The position numbers and the translations under genes were made by a program. From the NCBI GenBank assembly GCA_010093605.1, contig MU004189.1, positions 1,495,834 to 1,559,833 of the forward strand: a stretch of DNA of 64,000 nt, in the 5' to 3' direction. The notes below the pieces were generated by a model that searched no databases, was not told the DNA's origin, and was given only the letters and a program-made list of their open reading frames with translations. Origin of the DNA: Lophium mytilinum. Taxonomy: Eukaryota. Below, in pieces: positions 22,692 through 34,900 of the stretch (positions are counted from its first letter, which is position 1; every line of letters starts with the position of its first letter).

Positions 22692-25071
22692 TCAAGTCGT
22701 TAGCTTTTTAGGTGCAGATTTAGGAGCTTGGATCTTTGGCGGGCCGCTTGAGGCTGGCTGCTTCGTCGTCGTTGGGGCCTTCTTTGGAGTGGCACCATTC
22801 AGCTGAGAGCCAGCTGCTTTCGCTGCAGGCTTAGGTGCAGTGGCTGGCTTCTTGATGGGAGGCTTTTGAACAGCTAAACCTTGGTTAGCCTTTGGCTTCT
22901 GCTGAGTCGGCTTCAGTGCTGTTGGCTTCGTCGTCGGTCTGACTGCCGGCTTCTGAGGTGTTTGGGGACCAGCTTTTGCTAAAGGCTTTTGCCCATTACC
23001 TGAGACTACCGGGTTGGACTGCTTTTTCACTGGGTTACCAGTATTTGAAGATACTTGGATAGTAACGCCAGATGCCGTGGTGAAGGTTCTGCCGCTTTGC
23101 GCTTTCTCCACTTCGCTTTTGGAGATGTGAATTGGAATGCCTGACTTCGTCATAACCACGCCGCCGCCTTTCACTTTTTCAACCTCACTCTTAGCCACTT
23201 GGATTGGAACTCCTGACTTTGTCATGACAGTCTGCATTGGGCCTGACGGTGCTGGCTTTGCCTTTAAGGGAGGTGCTGGTTGTTTCATAGCAGTGGTTGG
23301 ACCTTTCGTACTTCGAAGATTTGCCACGCTTTGCGCTTTAGGAGGATACTTCTGAGTACCAATTGGGGTTCGTCTTGGGGGCCCTACGGTAGATACGGCC
23401 TTGCGCTTTTGGCCTACTGTCGGGAGACCATTCGGCAAAACCATGCCATTCTTGATGGCACTCTCTTTCACCAGCTGAGCTAGATGCTCTTGTGTCAGTC
23501 TTTGCACCTTGTCCTGATTCTTAGGTTCGACGGTCTGCGCAGCTGACATCTTAGCCGCTCCTTCAATGAGCTTCTCCATTTGTTCCGGATTGGGCGGTCC
23601 TTTCATTGCTGCGTCTCCCGCTCCTAAAAGAGCTCCCATTTGCTGCGTGAGGAACTCCGTCCCACCCGGGATAGGTAGATCAGCGGGAGAAGCTCCATAT
23701 GCGAGAGTAAGTGCCATCATGACACTCGTTATCGGAGCAAATATCTTGACAAATTCGTTCCAGCTGCCAGACTTGACCTCGGTCTCAATCATGCGAGCTG
23801 CTGGAGCCACGTTCCTGATGCTATGACTACCCGAGCTCGTATCGCTGACGTCGAGCTGATCCTTCCAGTAGTCGTCAGCTGGGAACTTGCTGTGGCGTGT
23901 GAAGTATTCAAGAAGGTAATCCTTTTCTCTCCATCGATTCCTGAGCCAGACGTCGAATGCCTTGGGGTTGTCTATTGGGATGGAGTCGACGTGGAATCTT
24001 CGCCATTGCATATTGACTGACTTTGGAGGACGACCTTCGAAGAAAGAGGATCGAAGGGTGAAGATGTCTTGGCCGAACTGACCGGGACTTAATCGCAGAT
24101 TAGTATACCGGTGCGATCAAAGATTGGGTTTGTAGCTTACGGGACACCTTCGTAAGCAATGGTGCAATCATAGAGCCAATGACTGGTTTCCCGCAATTCC
24201 TGCAAGCAAAAGCGCAACCCAGTGCTCCGCGGGAGGAGCTGATGTTTCATGTCCTGCAATCCGTTCTTGTCTGCCCATCTTTTGCTGGCCTCTCTCGTAG
24301 ATTGAGAAAGATTAGTTCCTTCGGGGAATATGAGTAACCACATCGGGTCCTTTGGTTTGTTCAAAGTTGCCAGATGCTTCTTGAATTGGTTCTTGTCGTC
24401 TTCCCACTTCCGGGATAAGAAGATGAAATTGTAGAATTGAGCACCCCAGCCAAGGATTGGAATGTTCTTCAAAGACTCCTTCAGGATGATGTAGATATAG
24501 CCATGCATGCCGTTCGTGTAGGCGATCCACCAAAGATATAGCCAATCAGTATAGAGCTGGTGCCGTTAGTCTGGCTACTTCAACGCTAGGAAAGTGTCTT
24601 CGTCGTGTCACTTGCCTGGTGGTTTGCCATCATAACCATCCGATCGGAGAAGTTGCATTTCAGACTCCCATCCTTCATCTGTGAGAGCTGGCCGGTCATG
24701 CTTTCGTCTCCACTGACGCGCACCACAGTTGGGGCCCACCATTGTGTCAGACAGGTAATCAGGATCGCGAACGACTCTTTCGTGTATGCCATGTAACCAT
24801 CGTAGAAGGTGGGATCGATGAGCTTCAGGGGCGCACCGAGGAATTGGGATGCGCTTATACTGGTCCCGAATGTTACTTCTTGTGCTTCTATTCACGGAAG
24901 CGAGGAGTCTTACGCCAAAACCCCCGACATAAACGTTGACGCCAATGTAAAGGCTCGTTCAGCCTGCGACAGCTCTCCATGCTTCGGCGGACCTGCTGGG
25001 TGATTCTCGACCGTCTTCTTCGCAACGTTCAGGCCTGCCCCGAGGTCGGTCTTTTTTGGTTTCGGGGCCAT
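22692..25071 (-). CDS. Lysophospholipid acyltransferase (LCLAT/Cst26-like PlsC family) with long low-complexity C-terminal extension (4 exons)
   Basis: NHQ|LYTDW, ILKESLK, FIFLSRKW, LLIFPEGT, LLPRSTGL and YDCTIAY motifs. Confidence 0.92.
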
Positions 25072-25563
25072 GTTCGCGATGTTGTTGATTGAAGGCACCA
25101 GAGCGTAGTCTAGGTCTAGTAAGAAGGCAACATAAGTCGACAACCAGCGGCACAACGGGCACTACTTGAGAGCGTTTTCTGTCAGAGCGGGCTAGGTCAA
25201 CAGCTACGTACGATCTACAGCGATGGAGAGGTGGTTGCACTCACACCCCTGTTCCCTACCCCAGATGACGTAGTCCGTGGCGCGCAAATGCCAACTTTCT
25301 GTGGCACAAGCTTGCACCCCTTCATCATATCCCCTCTCGCTGTCTCCTTACATACTCTCACCTGTCTTCATATTTCAATCAAATCTGGTAGGCTTCATAC
25401 AGTTTCCTATTCTCTTACGACACAAGTCAGCATTTACATATCACGCGGAGGACTCTTGTCGCCCATTCAAGAAACACGCGACCAATATCCTCATTCTAGT
25501 GCTAATTAGGTCAGACCTCAAGAATCATCTCTCATACCAAATCCCTCATACCAAAAAAGCACA

Positions 25564-26129
25564 ATGCCTGCTGTCAACGGAGTCTCCAACGGCGTCGCCC
25601 GACCCAAGAAGCCATCGACGAACGGAGCCAGCGCCGTCCCCCAGCACATCCCGTCGCCTTACGAGGTGATGGCCTCGAGAATCGCAAACCGCGTCGCTGA
25701 GATGGCGGAGAACATTACCTTCGTGGAGCGTGAGAGGTACGTTCACCTTCTTCCAAATTATAGCCTTTCGCCCCTATCAATTCCAACCCCCTCTTTTCGT
25801 CTCAATCCCGGATTGACACAACCTCCAGACCATCCCAACAACCCGCCTCCCCAGCTCCGAAAGCCAAGAAGCCACCACGCAAGCTTGAAATGCGTCTGGG
25901 CCAGAACAACGGTTCCTCGCCGACCAACATTACCTTCAGCGCGCCGTTCCTCGACAACACCCTTGCCAAGATGCTTTCGCTACAGGACCGGATGCTGAAG
26001 GTGGGCCAGGATCTCGCAGCGAGCGAAGACGTCGAAGAGAGTGTGAAGCAGGAACAATTCAAGCAGAGTGCGGAGCTGAGCCGGATCATTGCATTGATCT
26101 GCGCGGAGAAGGCGAGGCAGGGGTCGTGA
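25564..26129 (+). CDS. Uncharacterised 157-aa protein (exons 25564-25736, 25829-26129)
   Basis: A GTACGT...TTGAC...CCAG intron joins two ORF-track frames into one 474-nt CDS. Start context is ACAATG. Confidence 0.7.
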
Positions 26130-26778
26130 GCCGACGAAGTAATCGAGAAGCATCGAAGCGCAGGCTTGAAGTTACTTGAGTAATGCGATCTATGGGCTTG
26201 ATTTTAGTGTGAGGTTCTGGAAAGCAAGTTTGTGTGTTTATGATGCTTGGATCTCATCTTTCTTTCGACGACAGCATTGCGGCAACAGATTAGTTATGGC
26301 GAACGGAAAGTTTCCTTTATGTAGTGTCTCATGATGTACTATTATCAAAAATCGGTTCGGGTGTTTTCATGGTTTACATATATTGAGTACCCCTTGATCC
26401 AGTCATCCTTTTCCCGAGTCCGCTAGCCCGGGCTCCATTCCCCTCCCCCACGATCGGCTTGTGATGCCCGCTTCGTCCTAGCCCTCCAGGCCTAGACATT
26501 ATGTGAATTGGATTGGCGATAGCTCTCGGAACTTCTTGAAAAAATCCGTGGCGGCAATCAGGAGATGGGGGGTAGAAACATCACTTAAATAGTGATGTAC
26601 CGCGCGTCGTAAGGTGATTTCTGGATCATAGTCTAGTCATTACTGCATCGCTATTGACTGTTCCCAGAACTATACACATATATATATCTTGAAGCTCTGC
26701 CTTCGAAACGGTTCACCTAGACCAATACAGCCAAACTCCTACTCTACACGAATCGATCAGCTCACAGTGATCGCCACA

Positions 26779-27317
26779 ATGTCGAGGTATCATTCTCCCC
26801 TTCCTCTACTAACAACATAATAAGCTAACACCCCAACCCCATCAACAGCCCCTCCGAAGCCTTCATCGCCCTCACGCAACAAACCGGCAGCATCCCCGAA
26901 CCCACCCTCCGCGCCGCCTTTGAAAAGCTACCCGCCATCACCGACCCCGCCTTCCTGTACGGCGACTGGAAAGGCGGCAGCTTCGAGAACGACCATCCAG
27001 GCCACAAAATGCTAGCCGCGATGCGCTGGGCGGGGAAGAACTTCCGCGCCGTCAACGACGTAGACCCGATCGTCGTGTACGACGACCAAGGAAAGCGGGT
27101 GGTTAGTGAGGCGTTTGGAGCGAGTGCCGCGCGCCTGCGGAAAGTGGAGCTGTGGGGGACGCTGAGTGTGTCGATGGTGTATGATAAGAACCCGATCATT
27201 GATCAGTTTCGGTGGGTGGGTGAGGATTTGGTGGCGGGGGCGATGGATGTGAAGCCGGATGAGGGGAGGGTGTATTATTTTTATCTGAGGAGGATTAAGG
27301 AGGGGGAGAAGTTGTAA
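26779..27317 (+). CDS. GXWXG / DUF4334-domain protein (intron 26787-26848)
   Basis: LYGDWKGG, HPGH, MRWAGKNF and MVYDKNPIIDQFR motifs. The first exon is 8 nt (ATGTCGAG). Confidence 0.88.
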
Positions 27318-27559
27318 GGGCAGGTGAGCGGTGGAGGAGATGGGGCGGGGTTGAGAGATGAAAGTGGATGGTTGAGATGGGAAGGGTGGATTTATGTGAA
27401 TTGGAGTAGAATATAGTGACAGGCTATAAATTTGTGCATGCTGGCTCGTCACCGGTTGGGGTACTCGCACAGGATTTCAACGATCCAAGGGCGATGCTGA
27501 GTTTCAGGCAGTGTAGATCGGACTGCCTCTTTACTAACTAGCGCGAGGCTATCCGTATA

Positions 27560-27804
27560 CCGTATTGACTGAGCGTATACAAACGCCAGGCTTGGCAGCG
27601 CTAGTAGATCCCCTAAACCCATGGGCGTATAGTTGCGCACGCTATCTTAACCTTACTCGTTGAGCGTATCAGCTCACCGCAATCGCACCGACAAGTGGGT
27701 CCATCGGCATCCATCGGCGCCTGACAAGTCAGCTCCGGGCCCTTTTATCCTCGATAGGTTTAGGCGCGCCAAGCCTGGCGTTTGTATACGCTCAGTCAAT
27801 ACGG
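27560..27804. mobile_element. 245-bp MITE, Tc1/mariner(pogo)-type
   Basis: Perfect 37-bp terminal inverted repeats (27560-27596 and 27768-27804), flanked by TA on both sides, with no coding capacity. Confidence 0.92.
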
Positions 27805-28094
27805 TACTGTTGAGTGAGTAGCATAAGAGTTAAGCGAAGTCGAATCTGTGCGGGCGGACTTGTGGTCTAGTACTGTAGAGACACCAATGGAAAGTCGTCA
27901 CAGTGCTGTGGCACTAGTGCTGAGGTAGAGAAGTGCTTTCAAGTCCAAATGAACCTTCAAATGAAATGATTGAAAGAGAATCATGATGGCCATAGGAGAA
28001 GTGAGAAGGCCTGCCTATTCGGGAAGCGTACAGAATGTTACCCATCCTGCACCAATCCACATCTCATAGCTTCGTATCTGAAGCTGTCAAGAGC

Positions 28095-28584
28095 TTAGTA
28101 CTTGACGGAGAAGCCACGCTCGCCTTGCCTCGCTTCCATGTCTGATTGCTCAACGCCCGTCACACGAGCGGCTCGGGGCCCTTTGTTGAGATGCTGGACG
28201 AACTCCTCGAGGACAGTCTCGCTGCCCTGTGCTTCGCCTTTCACCTTTGAGGCAGGTCAGAGTACAAGTTGATTCTACGAGGGCAGGTAGTAGCTTGCCG
28301 TTCCATCGGATGCATTCTGGACGAAGCCTTTGACGCCCAGCTTTTTAGCTTGTTGTTGGGTGAAGTCACTGTCAACGGTGAGAACGTGTTAAGGCCATTT
28401 TGCAGGTGTCGAGTTCACCGAAAGCAGACGCCTATGGGGTCCAGATTAGCGACGATATGCCTGGGGTGGAGCTTGCAATGGCTGACCTTGGACCTCTCCG
28501 TCGACTTTGTACGCAATCTGAGGAGCATTAATACGTCTGATATAGGTTGTATATGGAGGGGCATCTCACTCGCTTGTCGGCCAT
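28095..28584 (-). CDS. Acylphosphatase (5 exons; missed by the ORF track)
   Basis: Spliced product MADKR|IAYKVDGEVQG|VCFR|DFTQQQAKKLGVKGFVQNASDGT|VKGEAQG...KGPRAARV contains the VQGVxFR loop and GxVxN..DG.V motif. Confidence 0.9.
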
Positions 28585-29169
28585 TTTGACGGTAGATGAG
28601 ACGGAATTTCCCATAAAATGTTGACAGGAAGTCTCTAGGAGAGTAGTGCAGGCAGATGCAGTTATAGTACGAGAGCCTTATAAGGGTCCGGCGTCAAAGA
28701 ATGAATTCTAATCGACGTCATAAGACTACTACCCGCGCGGAGCTGCTTAGCAGCCCTTGACCGCACAACAGTGTGACGGCGTCCGCAACCTCAACCTTCC
28801 AGAAGGCCCGCCCCAGCAGCACATCCCGCATTCTTACGATAGGGCGGATTGCTCTGGCGGCAGGCAAAGACCTCGGGCTGGCCTGTGAATGCAGCGCGTG
28901 GTTTTTTCCGGCGACGCGTTGATCGCTTGGCCGGCATCTTTGGCCACCTCATCTCCGAAACGTATTCGCGCTTCGTTCATGCGTTGAGCCCCCTTCCACA
29001 CCACCTTCTACCTGAAACCCACCGCGATACCACGTACATCGACACAGCATCTACGCGCTCCATAATCTGCAGTCTCTCGAATCCTCTCCATTGCCCTCAT
29101 CTTTGGACCGTACCTCCAGTCAGGCGCTTGGGATGCCCGCGGCCTCCTCCGCGCTTTTGCCAGATCACC

Positions 29170-30720
29170 ATGACTGACGACGCTCTGGCTTCACCTACCG
29201 TCGAAAGACCCTCTTCGCCTTCACCATGGGTCTCGCCCTCACTTGCAATAGGAGCATGCCCTCCACTGGACCGCTCGATTTCGACAGCATCCTCGGTTTC
29301 CTCCGTCTCAGGTCGATCCTCCAGCTCGCGCCTTTCCGATAGCGGCTTACCGGGCAGGCGGCGGGGCTACATGCGACCCGAAGGCACAAAATTCGCAGAC
29401 TCGGCCAGGCATCGAGAGAGCGTTCAGAACCTAGGCACCATTGCGCATCTGCAGTACTATTTTGCGCGAACGGGCTTGCTGGATGGGAAAGGGGCACAAC
29501 TGGCCAAGGCACGGAAGTCTGGAGGTGGAAGCGGCTCCGAGTCGCCGTCTGGTGCGGTGGAGAGCATGTCTCCTCTGACCATGCTCTCGGATAGGGATGC
29601 GGCATTCGATAGGTCGGAGCTTCTGCTGGGTGACTCGCAGAGTGGCGACGGGCTTGTGGAGAGCCCAATTGACCAAGAAGACGGCTCGAGCAGCTGGGGC
29701 GATTATCAAGAGCCGATGATGCTCCCTCCGACTGTGAGCACGTACAAAAACACGCCTGTTTACGTCCCGCCGCCACCAGATATGGTGGTCTTGAGAAGGG
29801 AACTACGCGAAGCTATGGAAGACGCACTGCAGCTACTAAAAGAGCTGGACAAGGCCAGCGGAGGGGATAAAGATGGTGCTACCGCAGGCGCTGCTGTGGA
29901 GACGGAAACACAAGGGTGGTACGAGATACAGGGCCTGCATTTCCTCGACATTGTCACACTTGCTATCCGAGCCGCCAAAAATTATTACACCGCGCATGAA
30001 CAGCCGCAACGTTTATATTCGATCAAGTCTGAGCGACAGATCCGGAAGGAACTGTACGAAGTTCTAGATATCCTAAAGCGCATAGCCACACGCAATTTCG
30101 CAGGGGGCATCAAACCCTCCGAGCGGGAGGCGATCTTGACATGGGCGTCGGGGATTGGTAGGCTTCTCGACACGGAAGAAGAGAGGGAGAGGGTTGAGAT
30201 CGAGCAGCGCGAGAAGTGGCGCTGGCGAGAAGGTAATTGGAGCGGCAAGGAGCGAGATCGAGAGTTGCTCTTCCTGCGTTCTTTCGACCCCGATTCTGAG
30301 GAGCTTCCAGACTGGACAGAGCCAACAGAGGGAGCTGAATTGCCGACTCCGTTCCTCAATTCACTGCAGAATGGCTTACGTCTCGTCCATCTCCACAACG
30401 CGCTGGTCAAGAAGTCCCGCCGGCAGTTCGAGGAGATCAAGCATTACCACACAGACACAGCCAAACCATACCGATGTGCAGACAATCTGCGATACTGGAT
30501 CAAGGCTGCCCAGCTGAGATGGGACGTCAAGCTTGACCTACTCGACGTAGACGTAATGGCTGTGGTACACGGCGACGACGCAGCAGCATGGAGGAAATTT
30601 GACGAGGCTGTTCTCAAGTGGTGCAAAGGTGTACGAGAAGAGATCATCACAGAGTGGCAAGAGCACAGAAAGGCCTCGCAGTCGAAAACTCCCACGCTTC
30701 GGACCTCGTTTGCAGCATAG
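29170..30720 (+). CDS. Uncharacterised fungal protein (~516 aa, single exon)
   Basis: Long ORF with first ATG at 29170 (ACCATG). Globular-looking segments (LGTIAHLQYYFARTGLLDG; KPYRCADNLRYW). Confidence 0.8.
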   Translation: MTDDALASPTVERPSSPSPWVSPSLAIGACPPLDRSISTASSVSSVSGRSSSSRLSDSGLPGRRRGYMRPEGTKFADSARHRESVQNLGTIAHLQYYFARTGLLDGKGAQLAKARKSGGGSGSESPSGAVESMSPLTMLSDRDAAFDRSELLLGDSQSGDGLVESPIDQEDGSSSWGDYQEPMMLPPTVSTYKNTPVYVPPPPDMVVLRRELREAMEDALQLLKELDKASGGDKDGATAGAAVETETQGWYEIQGLHFLDIVTLAIRAAKNYYTAHEQPQRLYSIKSERQIRKELYEVLDILKRIATRNFAGGIKPSEREAILTWASGIGRLLDTEEERERVEIEQREKWRWREGNWSGKERDRELLFLRSFDPDSEELPDWTEPTEGAELPTPFLNSLQNGLRLVHLHNALVKKSRRQFEEIKHYHTDTAKPYRCADNLRYWIKAAQLRWDVKLDLLDVDVMAVVHGDDAAAWRKFDEAVLKWCKGVREEIITEWQEHRKASQSKTPTLRTSFAA

Positions 30721-31982
30721 AGGTGGCTGGTTTGAGACCCCACCCCATGTGCGTATTACCCTTCTGGGAGTCTCAGTACGACGTTATTCGACCGCAACGA
30801 CTATCGGTTGGCCTGCATGGCGGGCTGAGGTACAAGCCGGGGTTTGAGCACAGTGGAGGCATCGCAGCGGGCGTTGTTCTATCTTTTCTTCCCAGACATT
30901 TGTCTGATGACAGAGGCATTTGCCGTTTATTAGCACCCACAGTTTGAAGATACCCCTAACAGCATCTTATTTACATAGCGCGGACGGAACAGTCTCCAAT
31001 CAATCTTAATGCCAGAGAAAGGCAAAATGAATCAGAATGGACCGCGGCGTGCCCAGTGCTGTGAACCATACCGCACTCCCATATCAACTCCTCATGCAAG
31101 GTGCGGTGGCGGCGATCATGGCATGGAGCCACCCCCTGGTTCGTGCAGCGGGCTGCTGTCCGTCTGCCCATGATCGAGTCTCAGCGGGCGGAGGGACGGC
31201 AGCGTTGACAGGCCTGCAGAGTATACAGTGTTGTCGCGAACGTGTTGTTCTTATGCAGCTCCGGAGTGATACTGTTGGCTCTTGTTGGCTCTTGTTTATG
31301 TCCGCTGGTATTCTACAAGGAAGGACCTTATTCGTCAAACGCGAGCGCGTCTCTAGGCCGGTAGACCCTTGAAATCTCCGGAGGTCACGGGTCTGCTAAA
31401 CTGCCTCACTTAGCGTGCGTTCTGAGAGGTTGTGCAGCAGTAGCGTGGGGCAGTATAGAGGGCGTTGCAGTCGTCGATTCGAGTATCATAGGAGAAACGC
31501 TGCTTCTCTAGACCAGGTTATAGTCTCATAGCCTCCTTATACGTGTGCCTACGGTATACATATGTGAGAGCTTCTAGCCTACAACGAATCCAAATAGCGC
31601 CTGCCAGATAGGTGGTGTAGATTGACGGTTCGCAACGGCACTACGGCACCTCTAGAGCGTCACCGTACTGTAGTACGAATTGTCTCGCGCGGTCTCATAT
31701 TAAGCTGAAGGATCCCCTTCACATCTTTCAACGCGAGACTTGCTCATCATTGTCGGGTTGCTGGCATGAATTCCAAAAGAATTTACTACGAAACCGCGCA
31801 TCATCGTGCCCTCCACTAAACCGTGTGGCTGCTGGCGAAGTTGTGCACGCCAAGCTTGCCCATTTTACAGACTCCCGATTCCTGGAGGGCTGCCTGTTCG
31901 CTGCGCAACGCTGTTATTATCCCCGACCTCCTCCTTCACCTATCCATTCACTCCTGTACCTCAGCAGAGCCCGCGCTCCCCC

Positions 31983-34900
31983 ATGACGGGCAGCCCGGAC
32001 TCCACCCATCTCCTCTCCCCCAATACACCACCTCGCCCGACTACTGCGCCGTCCATCTCCGATGCCAACCAAGCGAAGCCAGCTGTTCGACCTCACTCCC
32101 ACATAGGCTCTCTCACCACATCCCCGCCCGCTCGGACGCCAACCACCCTTAACGAGCCTGCACTAGACGGCCTCTTCGTCTCTCGCAAAGCCTCCCCCGG
32201 CCTATTGGCCCGCATGAAACTGCTGAACCAGCAAAAGAGCCGCGTTGTCTCGTCGCCCATATTCGGACAGGATAAAATTGGAAAGATCCCAGAGAGCCAG
32301 CTGCGGGAGCTGGACATCCTGCACAATAGGGACGGCTCCATTCGCATCCAGCGCCTGGGACGTGCTTGGACTGGTATCGGGCCCAACCCGTACCTAGAGC
32401 CTCAACACACCGGCGACAGCCAGCCGGCAATGGATCAAGACCCGTCGCCCGGCTTCGACAGCGACCACTCTTCTGTTATCAGCACCAGTGATCGCGTCGT
32501 GCCTTCGGACTCAGAACAGGATGATACTCCAGACACACTAGGCGAGGATACGCAAAAGTACCGTCTGCCGGACATCACCAAGACGAAGAGCCTTTCGCAG
32601 TCAATCACTGAGACGCAGTCAATTGCCGAGACCCAGAACAACTCGGAGCAGGATGAGCCTGGGCCCACTCCTCCGCCAAAAGACACACCCGTCACTCAAG
32701 CGCAGAGCCTCGATGGCACTGAGACGGAGGAACAAATAGACGTTGCGTCGTACTTCACGCGTCGCAGCCACATCGCCCGTGCAGCCTCCATCTACACCCT
32801 CTCCCGCGTATCCTTTACAAACCAAATACAGCAATTAACTTCCATCTCCCTCCCACCCGCCGCCTCCCTCTCCTCCAGCATCTCCGCCATCCCTACTTCA
32901 ACCGCCGCCGGAAGGGCCTTGCATGATGCAGCAGGACAAATAAGACTATGGATGACCAAAGCGTCCGAAGTTCTCAATGGACTAGATGCAGAAGACGACG
33001 TCGAATGGGCTGCCGCTGCAGGGCGAGAAGGTCTCGCCGAGGTGGATATTGCAATTGGTCGGTTTGAAAGTTTAGTCAACGTCTACATCACCGCCATCGA
33101 GGAACTGCAATCCAGATCAGATATTGCAAGCCTGCCTGCAAAGGCCTTGCAAGGGCTCATGGCACAAATGGACGAGGTAGTTCGTGACTGGAATAAGATT
33201 AAAAAGACGCTGAAAGAAATTAAGAGCCAAGTTGAGATTGCAATGGAATGGGAAGAGCTGTGGAACGTCGTCTTGGGAGAGATTGGTCTCGAGATTGAGA
33301 ACTTGAGCCGGCTGGTCTTTGAGATGGAGGAACGTCGACACCGAGCAATCACCGAGTCTGTCTCTGAGTCTGCTGAGAAGTTCGACATTGCCGAATTGGA
33401 GACCATCGTCGAAGAGACCCCTCGACAAATCAAGACGAGTAACCGATTCAGTCTTCCTCCTACCTTCTCAGTCAGCTCCCCCATCTCGCCAATTCCGCAG
33501 ATGGAGCAAGAAAGCTCAAAGTTGCTCGCTTTATTCGCCCGTATGCAACCACTACGAGCCTCTCTCGATTTTCTCCCCATGCGACTCGCTTCCTTTCAGA
33601 ATCGGGGTATCAAGGTGTTCCCCACAGCTTGCGATGATCTCAACCGGCGCAAAGAAATATTGGAGGCCCAAGAGAAGCAACTGGAGGCCGATGCCGATGC
33701 ACTACGACAAGAACTTGGCGAAGACAAATGGGTACACAGTTTCAGGCAAGCAGGCAGTAAGGCACTTGCTATGTGGACGTCACTCACAAAGAGTGTCCAA
33801 AAAGTACGACAGGCTATCGATGAGCAGGACGATGAAAAATTGGCTAGTAGGATCTCTGCTTATAACGACAAAAAGGAGCATTACCCGCCATCGATGAGGA
33901 GAGTGTTGGAGCTTATTGATATCGAAATGAGAAACCGTTCCACCGTGAACGGTGAGATCTTAAGGATTCAACAAGACGTCCGGCAGAAGGTCACAGAGAG
34001 CGAGAGAGAGATTCAAGAGATTGACTCAGTTCTTGACTACTTTCACTCTAACAAGGCATTGCGAGACTCGGTGTCTACGGTCTTTTCAGGCCGAACAGAG
34101 ATGTCTGGAAGTGCAATCGACACTCCAGGCAGCTCGCCAGCATCTTCAGTCATACTTATGAGCCGCAAGGGCAGCGAGAATGGCCCTCAGACGCCCAACG
34201 CCGGGAGGAAATCCCGTCAAGGAAGCACAGCGAGCAGTGCGAAGTCGGTACCCTCAAACAGGAGGTATTCAAGCCTACCGACGAGCGTCAGCGGTGTAAG
34301 TCACATTCCTCGCCACTCCCTAGGTTCACGACTCGAGTCGATGTCTATATCCCCTTCTCGTGGGAGCTCGCACACTCCTTCTGTGCACTCCAATACATCC
34401 CGATCTGACAGGTCGGATGGTACAAAGCCCCGCTGGAATGCGTCTGTCAACATGAACGACACGGTCGTGGGACACAACTTCAAGCCTCTTTCGGCGACCA
34501 CCCCATCGCCCCATCGAAAGTCTTCAGCCATGCTTCGGTCGATGTCGACACAATCTGCGATTCCCGTCCGCAGTCCGCTGAGTCAATCGACGGCGTCACC
34601 CCCTCCTTCGAAAGCCCCTCGACCTACTTCTACTACGCCTTCTCAACGGCCGTCTGCCAGTAAGCGCACCTCCTTCATCCAGGCTCCCTCGACCCCATCA
34701 CGGGTATCTGCTCCCCGCACGAGCTCGGCGTCGAAACTGTCGGCCAGTGTCACACAATCTGGTCGCCGCGTTAGTCCGATGCCAGAGGAGCACGACGAGA
34801 ACGACACGGTCGAAGAAAGCCCAACGACTCGGCCCAAACTCGCAAGACCATCGAGCTCGATGAACGGACGGAGGAGCAGCCTGCTGCCGCAACCCAAAAC

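Noticed and set aside
28849..29169. N-terminal extensions from TTG/GTG starts (also 31806-31982 and 6601-6627)
   Set aside because: Artefacts of bacterial-style start codons in the ORF track. The first ATG was used instead.
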